Source of the DNA: Chloroflexota bacterium
Lineage (GTDB): Bacteria > Chloroflexota > Anaerolineae > Anaerolineales > UBA4823
Assembly: GCA_030611505.1 (NCBI GenBank)
Contig: JAUWPO010000002.1
Coordinates: 1-45,532, forward strand
DNA length: 45,532 nt
Direction of reading: 5' to 3'
Of this stretch, positions 9,065 to 17,694 are shown in pieces. The notes beneath the pieces were generated by a model, which searched no databases, was not told where the DNA came from, and saw nothing but the letters and a program-made list of their open reading frames with translations. Both the position numbers and the translations under genes were made by a program. How positions within the stretch are numbered: position 1 is the first letter of the stretch; the number at the start of each line of letters is the position of its first letter.

Positions 9065-9826
9065 ATGCGGATTCTCGCGATAATATCAGGCGAATATGGA
9101 GAAAGGCACGTATCAAACATCAAGAAACACTGCCCCAAAAACTGGGTGATTGAAGTCTGGCGTGCGCCGAATACCTTTCCTCTCGTAATTGACTATCCTG
9201 AAGATTTCCTGCCCAAATCACTTCCAGAAACCGACTTAATCCTATCATTCGGTGAACATCGAGGCATCGCCGAAATACTTCCCGATGTAGTTCAAATGAC
9301 TGGTGCCAAGGCAGTTTTAGCGTCAATAGATAACGAAGCCTGGCTGCCTAGAGGTCTAGCGCGACAACTACGTGGTTGGCTTGAAGAAATGAACGTTGCA
9401 TGCGTTACTCCAAAACCTTTATGCTCTCTTACAGAAAAAGATTATCTCACCTCACGCTTCAAAAGAATTGAATACAATAATAACAATATCGCGGAGTTCG
9501 CACACCACTTTGGTCAGCCTGAAATCAAGTTGGAAATAGATCCACAACTAAAAGTGATCAAGTCCGCTCATGTCCAACGTGATGCGGTATGCGGATGTGC
9601 ACGTCATGTTGCAAATGGCTTAGCAGGCATTTCAGTTGAAATGGCAGAAGAAAAAGCCGGATTGCTGCACCACCATTATCCCTGTCTGGCTTCAATGGGT
9701 AAAGATGTCGATTTCGATGACACCTTGATGCACATTTCAGGTAATCTCCTCAAAGACAATATAGGCACACAAGTAAAACCATTCAAAAAAATTGATTATA
9801 TTTCACCTGGAAAGCGCAGCGATTGA
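9065..9826 (+). CDS. DUF166/COG1810-like protein
   Basis: 253 aa. The N-terminus MRILAIISGEYGERHVSNIKKH resembles what I recall of the DUF166 family. Cys pair VCGCARH. Recognition is from memory only. Confidence 0.45.
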   Translation: MRILAIISGEYGERHVSNIKKHCPKNWVIEVWRAPNTFPLVIDYPEDFLPKSLPETDLILSFGEHRGIAEILPDVVQMTGAKAVLASIDNEAWLPRGLARQLRGWLEEMNVACVTPKPLCSLTEKDYLTSRFKRIEYNNNNIAEFAHHFGQPEIKLEIDPQLKVIKSAHVQRDAVCGCARHVANGLAGISVEMAEEKAGLLHHHYPCLASMGKDVDFDDTLMHISGNLLKDNIGTQVKPFKKIDYISPGKRSD

Positions 9827-9828
9827 AA

Positions 9829-9857
9829 CAAAAAAAGCCGCGCTTTTTATACGCGGC
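9829..9857 (-). terminator. Rho-independent terminator of the sigma-factor operon
   Basis: On the minus strand: GCCGCG stem, 9-nt loop, CGCGGC stem, then T7. Lies 34 nt past the stop of the 9891-10235 gene. Confidence 0.55.
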
Positions 9858-9890
9858 CTGCAAAACTCTGATTTGTTATCAAGTTTTGTA

Positions 9891-10235
9891 TCAGATAGAC
9901 AATACGCCTGTTTGTGTCGCTGAGACCTGCTTTTTATTTACTTGAGTATTAATTTGACGTAAGATTTTAAAAGTGCCTAAAATAGTCACTATGGCACGTA
10001 TACTTGTTACCAGTATTAATACTCCGCTAAATAAACCCGCGCTCACTAGCATGCTTGATTTAAGCATACCAGGTAAAGCTATTTTCCATCTCGGATATCT
10101 CAATAAGCGTTTTTTCAAATCAACCACAAAATCCGTAGTTGGAACAACCGGCTGGAGAATTTCTCGCAGATTAGATTCAAGTTCTTGAAAATTGTATTGA
10201 ATGGGAATTACGTTGTACCCTTGTTTAGGTTCCAT
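9891..10235 (-). CDS. Single-pass membrane protein co-transcribed with the ECF sigma factor (possible anti-sigma/accessory)
   Basis: 114 aa. Starts 3 nt after the sigma-factor stop. One TM segment (SSMLVSAGLFSGVLILVTSI). No zf-HC2 motif seen. Confidence 0.45.
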   Translation of the reverse strand: MEPKQGYNVIPIQYNFQELESNLREILQPVVPTTDFVVDLKKRLLRYPRWKIALPGMLKSSMLVSAGLFSGVLILVTSIRAIVTILGTFKILRQINTQVNKKQVSATQTGVLSI

Positions 10236-10238
10236 ATA

Positions 10239-10826
10239 TCAATATTCCTTTTTTCCATCATTATCAGTGATATTGATCGTAGGCTCATTGACCATCTCTT
10301 CTCGCATCACAAGCAATGTCCTGTGATATAAACTTTTTATCGCTCCTTCTGTTCGTCCCATCACTCGACCTATTTCCGCATTTGATAAGTGTTCGACAAA
10401 TTTCAAGATCAATAACTGCTGCCTTTCTGGAGGTAAACGACGGATTTCAAGTAACAACCGTTCTTGTTCCTCAGATTTTAATATTTCATGTTCGGGGTGA
10501 TCATATTGCCGAGGCCTAAATACATCATCATCTAACGGGAATTCTTTCCGCCGGCTGTTGTCTCGATACCAATTTGCCACCAGATTATGCGCAATTCTGT
10601 ATAGCCACGCTGAAAATGGCAGTCCTCTATCGTTGTAATTACCTATATGACGAAGAGCTCGATAAAAAACTCGCTCAGTTAGATCTTCTGCATCCGAAGT
10701 ATTGCCAGTCCGATAGTATATATAGTTATAGATGCGTCCAACGTGGTGCTCATAAAGAGCGCCAAAAGCTTCTCGATCTCCATGAGTTGCGCGCTCAAGT
10801 AGTTTATCTTCGCTGAGCTGCGTCAC
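10239..10826 (-). CDS. ECF-type RNA polymerase sigma-70 family factor
   Basis: 195 aa. Region 2 (GDREAFGALYEHH...IYNYIYYRTGN..DAEDLTERVF) and region 4 (LPPERQQLLILKFVEHLSNAEIGRVMGRTEGAIKSLYHR) signatures. Confidence 0.85.
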   Translation of the reverse strand: MTQLSEDKLLERATHGDREAFGALYEHHVGRIYNYIYYRTGNTSDAEDLTERVFYRALRHIGNYNDRGLPFSAWLYRIAHNLVANWYRDNSRRKEFPLDDDVFRPRQYDHPEHEILKSEEQERLLLEIRRLPPERQQLLILKFVEHLSNAEIGRVMGRTEGAIKSLYHRTLLVMREEMVNEPTINITDNDGKKEY

Positions 10827-11005
10827 AATATTAACCCTTTACCAGCCTGGGTTCTTCCGCCAAGCCACAGCAATTACTGAACCGCGTTTTACGTTGTGAT
10901 AAGTTGATAATATAAACCCCTAACAAATCAAAAAGTTACATGCAGTATATCATGTTTAACCTACTCTAATATTTTAGAAGTAACACGTTTGGTACATAAA
11001 TGAGG

Positions 11006-11011
11006 TATAAT
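11006..11011 (+). promoter_or_regulatory. Candidate -10 element (TATAAT) for ssrA
   Basis: Perfect TATAAT 10 nt upstream of the mature tmRNA 5' end. No good -35 seen. Confidence 0.35.
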
Positions 11012-11021
11012 AATATTCACC

Positions 11022-11424
11022 GGGGATGAAAGGTCTCGACGGGAGAGGCTGGCCCCGAATTGCGAGCCGAGAGGCGCCGATCTCGATAAATCAGCGCACA
11101 AAACAAGTGCCAATCGCACAAACTACGCTGCTCTTCCTCTCGCTGCATAAGCGAAATTTTGAGCGGCGGACCCTCTAAAGAAGGGTCACGTCCACTTTCA
11201 TCCTACTCTGGCTGGGTGAAAGATTGGGCGTCAAAAAAGTCGGAGTGCCGTACGTGTCACACCGCTAAACGTGCGAAAGAGGGACTTTCGGGTCCCAGCG
11301 GTTAGCCAGGAGGTCACCCTTGTTGGTCAGGAACTATCTGGTGAAATAAAAACGATTAACTACGCTCGTAGACATTCGAGGGACGATTCTTTCGGACTCG
11401 GGTTCGAATCCCGACATCTCCACC
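11022..11424 (+). ncRNA. ssrA: tmRNA (transfer-messenger RNA)
   Basis: 5' GGGGATG pairs with 3' CATCTCC, including a G3:U wobble, followed by ACC. T-arm GGGTTCGAATCCC. Internal tag ORF GCC AAT CGC ACA AAC TAC GCT GCT CTT CCT CTC GCT GCA TAA encodes ANRTNYAALPLAA. Confidence 0.9.
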
Positions 11425-11430
11425 TATCCC

Positions 11431-11465
11431 TTCCTGAGACATTTTTTTGTCTCAGGAATTTTTCA
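11431..11465 (+). terminator. Rho-independent terminator after ssrA
   Basis: 11-bp perfect stem TTCCTGAGACA / TGTCTCAGGAA with a T-rich loop, followed by a T-rich tract (AATTTTT). Confidence 0.7.
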
Positions 11466-11511
11466 TTTTAACTCACAAGATCAAACCTTTCAAAGTGGAA
11501 TATTCCATTTA

Positions 11512-12720
11512 CTAAATCACACCTGCAACCTTCCCGGCCAGCTCTATGACTTCCATTGCTCTTTCAATCTCATCTGGTTCATGCGCTGCGGTAATAGTCG
11601 CTCGCAGACGTGCTAATCCCGGAGGCACTGCTGGTGAAACCACCGGTAAGACAAACGTGTCCCGGTGCTGAGCTTCACGTGTCATCACGTATGCACTTTC
11701 ATCACTTCCGCAAATGACAGGAACTATAGCGGTCTCAGTATGAAGGGTATTGAAACCACGCTCCTGTAGCCCACTAATAAATTGTTTTGTATTGGCGTTC
11801 AACTTTTCTATCCGCCAGGGTTCATCCAAAATGACATCGAACGATGTCTTTGCAGCCGCTGCCTGGGCTGGCGGTAGAGCCGCGGAGAAAATGTACGCCC
11901 GGCTGGCATGGCGCAGGTATTCAATGAGCTCCTTACGACCAGCGACATACCCACCTACTGACGGTATGGTTTTACTCAAGGTCCCCATATTGATATCAAT
12001 TGTTCCCTCTAGACCAAAATACTCCTCAATTCCCCTGCCAGTACTGCCCAAAACACCTAACGAATGGGCCTCGTCGATCATCAACCAAGCTTTATAATTC
12101 TGGCATAACTCAACCAATTTTGGAAAATCGATGATATCCCCATCCATGCTGAATACAGAATCTGCGATGACCAATTTGGTGGCATTGACCGGCAATTGCT
12201 GCAAACGTTTTTCCAATGCCTGCATATCATTATGGCGAAATCGCAAGAATTTCGCCCCTGACATCAAACAACCGTCTACGATACTGGCGTGATTCAGCTT
12301 ATCGCATATTACATAATCTCCGCGACCCAATAATGTGGATATCACTGACAGATTTGTAGCGTAGCCTGAGGTATAAGTAATAGCTGCTTCTGTCTTTTTA
12401 AACTCAGCAATTGTTTCCTCAAGCTCCGTATGGATGGTTAAAGTTCCAGCCAACAACCGCACACCGTGTGTACCCGTACCGTATTTTGCGATTGCCTGCT
12501 GTGCTGCTTCATTAATGCGCGGATGTCCTACCAATCCCAAGTAACTATACGAAGCGTACATTCCCATCTCGCGTCCTTTGACCACCACGCGTGCCCCGCC
12601 TCGCAGCTCGGAAATGGGTTGGTTATAGTAATATAGATCAGATTGACGAATCTTGTCGACACGCTTATTCATCGCACAAACCCGCTGTGTAATCGTATCA
12701 TTTTCGTTTGAAAAATCCAT
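11512..12720 (-). CDS. PLP-dependent alpha-oxoamine synthase family acyltransferase (BioF/Kbl/SPT-like)
   Basis: 402 aa. Contains DEAHSLGVLG and a GTLSKTIPSVGGYV PLP-lysine motif. Family-level call only. Confidence 0.8.
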   Translation of the reverse strand: MDFSNENDTITQRVCAMNKRVDKIRQSDLYYYNQPISELRGGARVVVKGREMGMYASYSYLGLVGHPRINEAAQQAIAKYGTGTHGVRLLAGTLTIHTELEETIAEFKKTEAAITYTSGYATNLSVISTLLGRGDYVICDKLNHASIVDGCLMSGAKFLRFRHNDMQALEKRLQQLPVNATKLVIADSVFSMDGDIIDFPKLVELCQNYKAWLMIDEAHSLGVLGSTGRGIEEYFGLEGTIDINMGTLSKTIPSVGGYVAGRKELIEYLRHASRAYIFSAALPPAQAAAAKTSFDVILDEPWRIEKLNANTKQFISGLQERGFNTLHTETAIVPVICGSDESAYVMTREAQHRDTFVLPVVSPAVPPGLARLRATITAAHEPDEIERAMEVIELAGKVAGVI

Positions 12721-12807
12721 TACATTCTCCTAAATATTTCATTATTAGTTTTTACTATTATCGACAATATCTTCTTTGTTTCTATTTTTTTTTCGATATA
12801 AAAATTT

Positions 12808-14847
12808 TCATTCACCTACTAGTCCCAGCAATCCGCCTTCATCCAGGATCGCCACATTTAGAGAATGGGCTTTCTCGAGTTTTGAACCGGGATTTTTACC
12901 CGCCACCAGATAGTTGGTCTTCTTACTAACAGTATTTTTTACTTTACCACCGTGTTCTTGAATAAATTCTTTTGTTTGCTGACGCGATAAATTGGGCAAA
13001 GTTCCTGTAATAACAAATGTGTGCTTTGAAAGCGATCTCTCAACCCCCAGTTCTTGTTTACCTGCTTCACTACGAGGCCAGACACCTGCGGCTTTCAATT
13101 TCCTTAATACCTTTTTATTAGCGGGATTAGCAAACCAATCCGCTATTGCCTGCCCAATATTTGGGCCAATTCCTTCGATTGACTCTAAATTTTCTACTGT
13201 AACTTGTGAAAGCATATCCAGGTCGACGACATATCGCGCTAGATCTGTGGCAACTACTTCTCCTACACCGCGAATCCCTAATGCAGCAATTAATCGTTCC
13301 AACGATCTGCCGCGGGAAACATCAATCGCATCCAGCAGGTTATCAGCTTTTTTCTCAGCAAAACCATCCAATTCGAGAAGGTCAACTCGTTTTAAGGTGT
13401 ACAAATCTGCAACGTCGTTCACCAGATCAGAAGATACCAATTGTTTGGCGATCCTTATCCCCAAACCGATGATGTCCATCGCACCTCTCGACACAAAATG
13501 TTCGAGATTTCGGATCAGTTGCTCAGGGCAAGCTGCATTCACGCAATACCAAGCTACCTCTCCCGGTAAATTTTCCACCGGCTGTCCACAAGCCGGACAC
13601 ACAGATGGTGGTTTGTAAACTAACTCTTCCCCAGTTCTTGTACCTGTAACAGGTCCGATAATATACGGGATCACTTCTCCTGCCCTTTTCAATCTCACCT
13701 GGTCGCCGATGCGGATATCCTTCTCAGCGATAAAATCAAAATTATGTAGGGTAGCTTGTTTTACAATCACACCCCCAATATCTACCGGTTCCAGTATTGC
13801 ATATGGGGTTAGCACTCCTGTACGTCCCACATTTACACCGATACCAAGCAATTGGGTTATTACTTCCTGCGAAGGATATTTGTAGGCGATCGCCCCACGT
13901 GGATCCTTTCCTACAAATCCTAAATCGGTTGCTAACTCTAGATCATTTATCTTTATTACCATACCATCAACTTCATACGGTAATTGGTATCTGCGTTGCG
14001 CCCAGTTCTCACATTCATTGATAACATCATCGAGATTACGCAAATGAACTGCATATTGTGTTACTGGAAATCCAAAATTCCGTAAATATGCCAGCCTCTC
14101 CAATTGTGTGTTTGGAACTTCTCCCTCCGCCGCCACAATTTCATACACTAACAAGTTCAGCGACCGCGATGCTGTCAAGGAGGGGTCTAGTTGGCGTAGT
14201 GATCCAGCAGCCGTGTTGCGAGGGTTGAGATAGGTTTTTTTTTCTGCTTCCTGTAGCCTACTATTCAAATCCTCAAAATCTTTTTTATTGATAAATACTT
14301 CGCCACGTACGACCAAATACTGCGGTGGTACAGGACCTTTCGAATCCACAGGAATACGAAGTGGTAATGTCGGTATTGTTCGCAAGTTTATTGTCACATC
14401 CTCGCCAACTTGACCGTTTCCACGAGTGGCGCCTTGAACAAAGATTCCCTCACGGTAATGTAAAACTACAGAAAGCCCATCAATTTTTGGTTCAATGACA
14501 TAATCTGTTCCAGCAACGCGTTCATCCAGTTTGGCAAGTCGTTCATACCATGTGCGCACATCTTGCGAGCCGAATGCGTTAGCAAGGCTTAATATTGGCG
14601 CTGGATGAGCGACTCTTATAAACCTTTCTGTCGGTTGACTTCCCACCCGCTGGGTCGGCGAATCAGTTGTTATCCATCCCGGATGATCTGTTTCAATCTG
14701 GCGTATTTTGTTGAGCAGCAAATCAAACTCATAATCGCTGATCACTGGATCATCTAACACATGATAACGGTAATTATGAAAATTTACCTCGCGACGTAAT
14801 TCTTCCAAGCGTTCGATTTGTCGTTTCTCATCCATTTCACGAACCAT
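12808..14847 (-). CDS. ligA: NAD-dependent DNA ligase
   Basis: 679 aa. Adenylation motif EPKIDGLS, Zn-finger CPACG...C..AACP, HhH repeats, C-terminal BRCT (FVITGTL). Confidence 0.95.
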   Translation of the reverse strand: MVREMDEKRQIERLEELRREVNFHNYRYHVLDDPVISDYEFDLLLNKIRQIETDHPGWITTDSPTQRVGSQPTERFIRVAHPAPILSLANAFGSQDVRTWYERLAKLDERVAGTDYVIEPKIDGLSVVLHYREGIFVQGATRGNGQVGEDVTINLRTIPTLPLRIPVDSKGPVPPQYLVVRGEVFINKKDFEDLNSRLQEAEKKTYLNPRNTAAGSLRQLDPSLTASRSLNLLVYEIVAAEGEVPNTQLERLAYLRNFGFPVTQYAVHLRNLDDVINECENWAQRRYQLPYEVDGMVIKINDLELATDLGFVGKDPRGAIAYKYPSQEVITQLLGIGVNVGRTGVLTPYAILEPVDIGGVIVKQATLHNFDFIAEKDIRIGDQVRLKRAGEVIPYIIGPVTGTRTGEELVYKPPSVCPACGQPVENLPGEVAWYCVNAACPEQLIRNLEHFVSRGAMDIIGLGIRIAKQLVSSDLVNDVADLYTLKRVDLLELDGFAEKKADNLLDAIDVSRGRSLERLIAALGIRGVGEVVATDLARYVVDLDMLSQVTVENLESIEGIGPNIGQAIADWFANPANKKVLRKLKAAGVWPRSEAGKQELGVERSLSKHTFVITGTLPNLSRQQTKEFIQEHGGKVKNTVSKKTNYLVAGKNPGSKLEKAHSLNVAILDEGGLLGLVGE

Positions 14848-15036
14848 AGGCGGTATTATAGCGCAATTATGGCAATGATTTCATGTTGGAACAATTTCCA
14901 TGTTGTTAAAAAGCGGCTATAATAATTCAATAACATACTGGTATCCAGACCACTCGGGTTGATCACATTATTTTTATCTTTTTAACCATACACCATTGTT
15001 CCAACCTACCAGTTTACTTTATTACGAGGAAAACAC

Positions 15037-15054
15037 ATGGACGATTCAAATATA
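15037..15054 (+). pseudogene. Orphaned start (ATG GAC GAT TCA AAT ATA = MDDSNI) of the glutaredoxin-like gene split by the IS
   Basis: GAGGA RBS then ATG at 15037. The codons continue in frame with the sequence right of the IS (16613 onward). Confidence 0.6.
15039..15054. repeat. Left copy of the 16-bp target-site duplication GGACGATTCAAATATA
   Basis: Identical 16-mer at 16597-16612. Both copies directly abut the IS inverted repeats. Confidence 0.85.
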
Positions 15055-15105
15055 TGTCATTGTTCAGCGATTCTGTCACCCTAATTGTTCAACAGAAATG
15101 TCACC
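15055..15105. repeat. IS left terminal inverted repeat (about 51 bp, imperfect)
   Basis: TGTCATTGTTCAGCGATTCTGTCACCCTAATTGTTCAACAGAAATGTCACC aligns with the reverse complement of 16544-16596 (19 of the first 26 positions match, then a 2-nt indel). Confidence 0.75.
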
Positions 15106-15152
15106 TTGACCACTAACATAACATAAGTATAATCAACATTACCCAAAAGGAA

Positions 15153-15195
15153 GGCGAGCTAGGGATGGTTTTGAGCCACCCTGCTCGTCTTTTTA
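15153..15195. terminator. Imperfect hairpin plus T-run inside the IS left end
   Basis: GGCGAGCTAGGGATGG...CCACCCTGCTCGTC followed by TTTTT on the plus strand. On the minus strand it lies just past the transposase stop. Confidence 0.35.
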
Positions 15196-15218
15196 TTTGG
15201 GAATAACCGATAATCTCA

Positions 15219-16541
15219 TTATTCATGAACACTCAGTCCATATCTTCGCCAAGGGTGTTTAGCTGCTGGTTTACTTGATGTATGCGTTTTAGGCATCTGA
15301 ACCGGCTTTTCCTTGACCATCTCCGGGATGGAGGTATCCTGTCCGGGGGCAGGTGCGAATTTCGTGACACGTAGGGGTTGATCCATGGCTGACTCAAAGG
15401 TAACCAGGCTATCTCCCTGATAGCGCACTTCCAGCTTTCCATCCAGATGCTGCAGAACGTCCACTTTTGCTTTGGCATAGCTTCTGCGCTTTGGACCAGG
15501 CGGGATTTGCAAGCAGTGACCATCAAACGAGATGGTGTTGTCGTTGGTGACCATCCGGGAGTGCTTGCCGCAGAAATAATCTTCCGTCCGATACTCCTTG
15601 GGCCAGGGCACATAAACCGTCCCTTGCTCAGCTGGCTCCACCTGAAAGCGAAAATTGTGTTTTGGCAGAAAATAATCCAGTACCTGATTGGCTTCTTCAC
15701 AGTTACATGCTTCAGCTTCCCGCAATGCTTTTACTAACCGGTCTTGAAATGTATCCCACAACCGTTCAATGCGACCTTTGGCCTGCGCACTACGCGCAGG
15801 GATCAGTTCAATCCCTAGTTCTCCTAATAGCCGCCCAAACTGGCTTCTGGGCTGCTCGCCAACCAGTTCTTGTTCAATCGTCGCCTGCTTCGGGCTCTGG
15901 AATATCGTGTGGCGGTCAGCGTATATCGCTCCTGGAATGCCGTATCTCAAGCAGATCTCCTGCAAGCCCATAAAGTACCCGCACGCATCTTCCTCTTCCC
16001 GGAATGCAGCGCCCATCACTTCGTTCGTTGCATCATCTATGTAGGCGATTAAAGTTACCCAAGGCCCTCGCCCTTCCAGCCAGTCGTGCCGGCTGCCATC
16101 CGTCTGCAACAACATCCCAGCTTTTGGCTTGCGCTCTCTACGACTACGATGTCGTGGCGGTCGGCGTTTACGGGGACTTCCTTGCCCAGCCTGCCTGCGT
16201 ATGCGCCGTACTGTTGAACGTGATACTTTCAGTCCATGCTTTTCAGCTAATACCTCGGTCAAGTGGCTGTCGTTATAGTCTGTATACCGATCTTTGGCTA
16301 ATTTTAGGATCTCGCCTCGAATTTCTTCATCGATGCAGTTGTTGGGTTTCCGTCCACGGTTGCCGTGCACCAGTCCTGGGGCTCCTTGTTCCCGGTACCT
16401 GGCTATCAACCGCCGGATTTGCCGGATCGACAGACCTACTAGTTCACCAGCTTGCCCTGCTGTCATCTGCTGGCTTTCTATTTGCTGCATGATGTGCAGT
16501 CGTTTAATTTCGTCCATGCTGAATGTCACTCTTTCTCTCAT
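15219..16541 (-). CDS. IS transposase (N-terminal HTH plus integrase-core DDE domain)
   Basis: 440 aa. LSIRQIRRLIARYREQGAPGLVHGNRGRKPNN HTH region. DDE-like residues in QTDGSRHDW, IYADRHTIF, AKGRIERLW. Confidence 0.85.
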   Translation of the reverse strand: MRERVTFSMDEIKRLHIMQQIESQQMTAGQAGELVGLSIRQIRRLIARYREQGAPGLVHGNRGRKPNNCIDEEIRGEILKLAKDRYTDYNDSHLTEVLAEKHGLKVSRSTVRRIRRQAGQGSPRKRRPPRHRSRRERKPKAGMLLQTDGSRHDWLEGRGPWVTLIAYIDDATNEVMGAAFREEEDACGYFMGLQEICLRYGIPGAIYADRHTIFQSPKQATIEQELVGEQPRSQFGRLLGELGIELIPARSAQAKGRIERLWDTFQDRLVKALREAEACNCEEANQVLDYFLPKHNFRFQVEPAEQGTVYVPWPKEYRTEDYFCGKHSRMVTNDNTISFDGHCLQIPPGPKRRSYAKAKVDVLQHLDGKLEVRYQGDSLVTFESAMDQPLRVTKFAPAPGQDTSIPEMVKEKPVQMPKTHTSSKPAAKHPWRRYGLSVHE

Positions 16542-16543
16542 AG

Positions 16544-16596
16544 GGTGACATTTTCGCTGAACAGTTAGATGGTGTCAATTTCCCTGAACAATAACA
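16544..16596. repeat. IS right terminal inverted repeat (about 53 bp, imperfect)
   Basis: Its reverse complement TGTTATTGTTCAGGGAAATTGACACCATCTAACTGTTCAGCGAAAATGTCACC matches the left IR. Confidence 0.75.
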
Positions 16597-16612
16597 GGAC
16601 GATTCAAATATA
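16597..16612. repeat. Right copy of the 16-bp target-site duplication
   Basis: GGACGATTCAAATATA, identical to 15039-15054. Confidence 0.85.
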
Positions 16613-16855
16613 ATTATATACGGAGTGAATTGGTGCTGGGATAGTCGTCGTGCGCGCCGGTTCTTTGATAAGAACAAAACACCTTACACATTTATTAATA
16701 TTGACAAAGACAAACAAGGGGAACAATTTGTATTGGATGCAAACGACGGATTGAGGAGTGTACCTACTATCGTATTTAATGATGGATCAATCCTTGTAGA
16801 ACCTACTACCTCCGAACTCATAATTAAAATAAATATTATCCCATCCGACCGGTAA
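16597..16855 (+). pseudogene. Glutaredoxin/NrdH-like small redoxin body, cut off from its ATG, RBS and promoter by the IS
   Basis: In-frame translation (D)DSNIIIYGVNWCWDSRRARRFFDKNKTPYTFINIDKD...SVPTIVFNDGSILVEP is a thioredoxin-fold pattern with a CxxS active site. The only remaining in-frame start is GTG 16625, inside the first beta-strand/active-site region. Confidence 0.65.
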
Positions 16856-17603
16856 TATACCCTTCTGTGAGCTCGTGTGCTGGTAAAGTAAAAAGTCGTT
16901 CTGTTTGAGAAAATTCAATTAATTCACCTAACCAAAATAAGCCTGTAACTTCAGAGACTCGCGCTGCTTGTTCCATATTGTGTGTAACGATCACAATCGT
17001 ATAACTTTCCTTCAATTCACTTACCAATTCCTCAAGCGTCATCGTAGAAATCGGGTCTAAAGCCGATGTTGGCTCATCCATTAATATTACCTCTGGTTTT
17101 ACTGCCACAACCCGTGAGATACATAATCTCTGCTGTTGTTCCAAAGATAAATTGAAGGCACTTTCTTTGAGATGATCCTTGACTTCATCCCAAAGCCCAA
17201 CCTGATTTAGGCAGTGTTCCACTAAATCATTCAATTCTTTCTGCGTTTTAGTCAATCCGAGTCGCCGGGGGCCATAAGCGACATTGTCATAAACGGACTT
17301 TGGAAACGGGTTTGGCTTCTGGAAGACCATCCCGACTTTTTGCCGCAGGTAAGCCAGATCAATACTGTCGCTGTATATATTCTCTCCATCTAACAGAACG
17401 TTTCCTGTCAACCTTGTATTAGGTATCGTATCATTCATGCGATTCAAACACCGCAGGAAAGTCGATTTTCCACATCCAGATGGTCCAATGAGAGCCGTTA
17501 CTTGCTTCGGGTATATATCTATATTTATCTGATATAAGGCTTGTTTACCATCATAGAAAAAATCTAAATTCTCTACAATTATCTTCGGTGTCAAGTCATC
17601 CAT
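16836..17603 (-). CDS. pstB: Phosphate ABC transporter ATP-binding protein paralog 1 (degenerate signature motif LSLEQ)
   Basis: 255 aa. GPSGCGKST, VGMVFQKPNPFP, ILMDEPTSALD, VTHNMEQAAR and a C-terminal YITGRMG. The signature reads LSLEQQQRL instead of LSGGQQQRL. Confidence 0.9.
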   Translation of the reverse strand: MDDLTPKIIVENLDFFYDGKQALYQINIDIYPKQVTALIGPSGCGKSTFLRCLNRMNDTIPNTRLTGNVLLDGENIYSDSIDLAYLRQKVGMVFQKPNPFPKSVYDNVAYGPRRLGLTKTQKELNDLVEHCLNQVGLWDEVKDHLKESAFNLSLEQQQRLCISRVVAVKPEVILMDEPTSALDPISTMTLEELVSELKESYTIVIVTHNMEQAARVSEVTGLFWLGELIEFSQTERLFTLPAHELTEGYITGRMG

Positions 17604-17658
17604 AGCGTTGATTTTACTCTAAATAAGCCGATAAACTGTTTTGATTTTCTTACATTCC

Positions 17659-17687
17659 TTGCCCGACATGGTTATTGTGGATATAAT
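17659..17687 (+). promoter_or_regulatory. Candidate sigma-70 promoter for pstS (TTGCCC-N17-TATAAT)
   Basis: Perfect -10 at 17682-17687. -35 TTGCCC with a 17-nt spacer. The ATG lies only 7 nt after the -10. Confidence 0.4.
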
Positions 17688-17694
17688 CGCTCTA

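Larger units (their letters stand above)
15055..16596 (-). mobile_element. Insertion sequence (rve/DDE transposase; ISNCY / IS1202-group-like), 1542 bp
   Basis: Bounded by imperfect terminal inverted repeats (TGTCATTGTTCAG... / reverse complement TGTTATTGTTCAG...) and a perfect 16-bp direct repeat. Contains a single transposase ORF. Confidence 0.85.

Noticed and set aside
10827-10900. GAAC...GTT spacing upstream of the ECF sigma gene, considered as an autoregulated ECF promoter.
   Set aside because: The match is weak and the spacing is about 15 nt. The -10 would sit only about 9 nt from the GTG start. This cannot be supported by eye.
11271-11471. 66-aa ORF in the track.
   Set aside because: It lies entirely inside the tmRNA gene and its terminator. 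It is explained by the RNA.
12992-13618. 208-aa plus-strand ORF, and similar long antisense ORFs (for example 15233-15700, 16004-16492, 5667-6017, 18802-19125, 40544-40876).
   Set aside because: All are shadows antisense to, or out of frame with, strongly supported genes (ligA, the transposase, mvhA, pstC, the membrane gene). Their composition is low-complexity or biased, and none has an RBS.
15039-16612. The 16-bp direct repeats, considered as attL/attR of an integrated island or prophage.
   Set aside because: The intervening 1.5 kb contains only a DDE transposase bounded by terminal inverted repeats. This is an ordinary IS target-site duplication.
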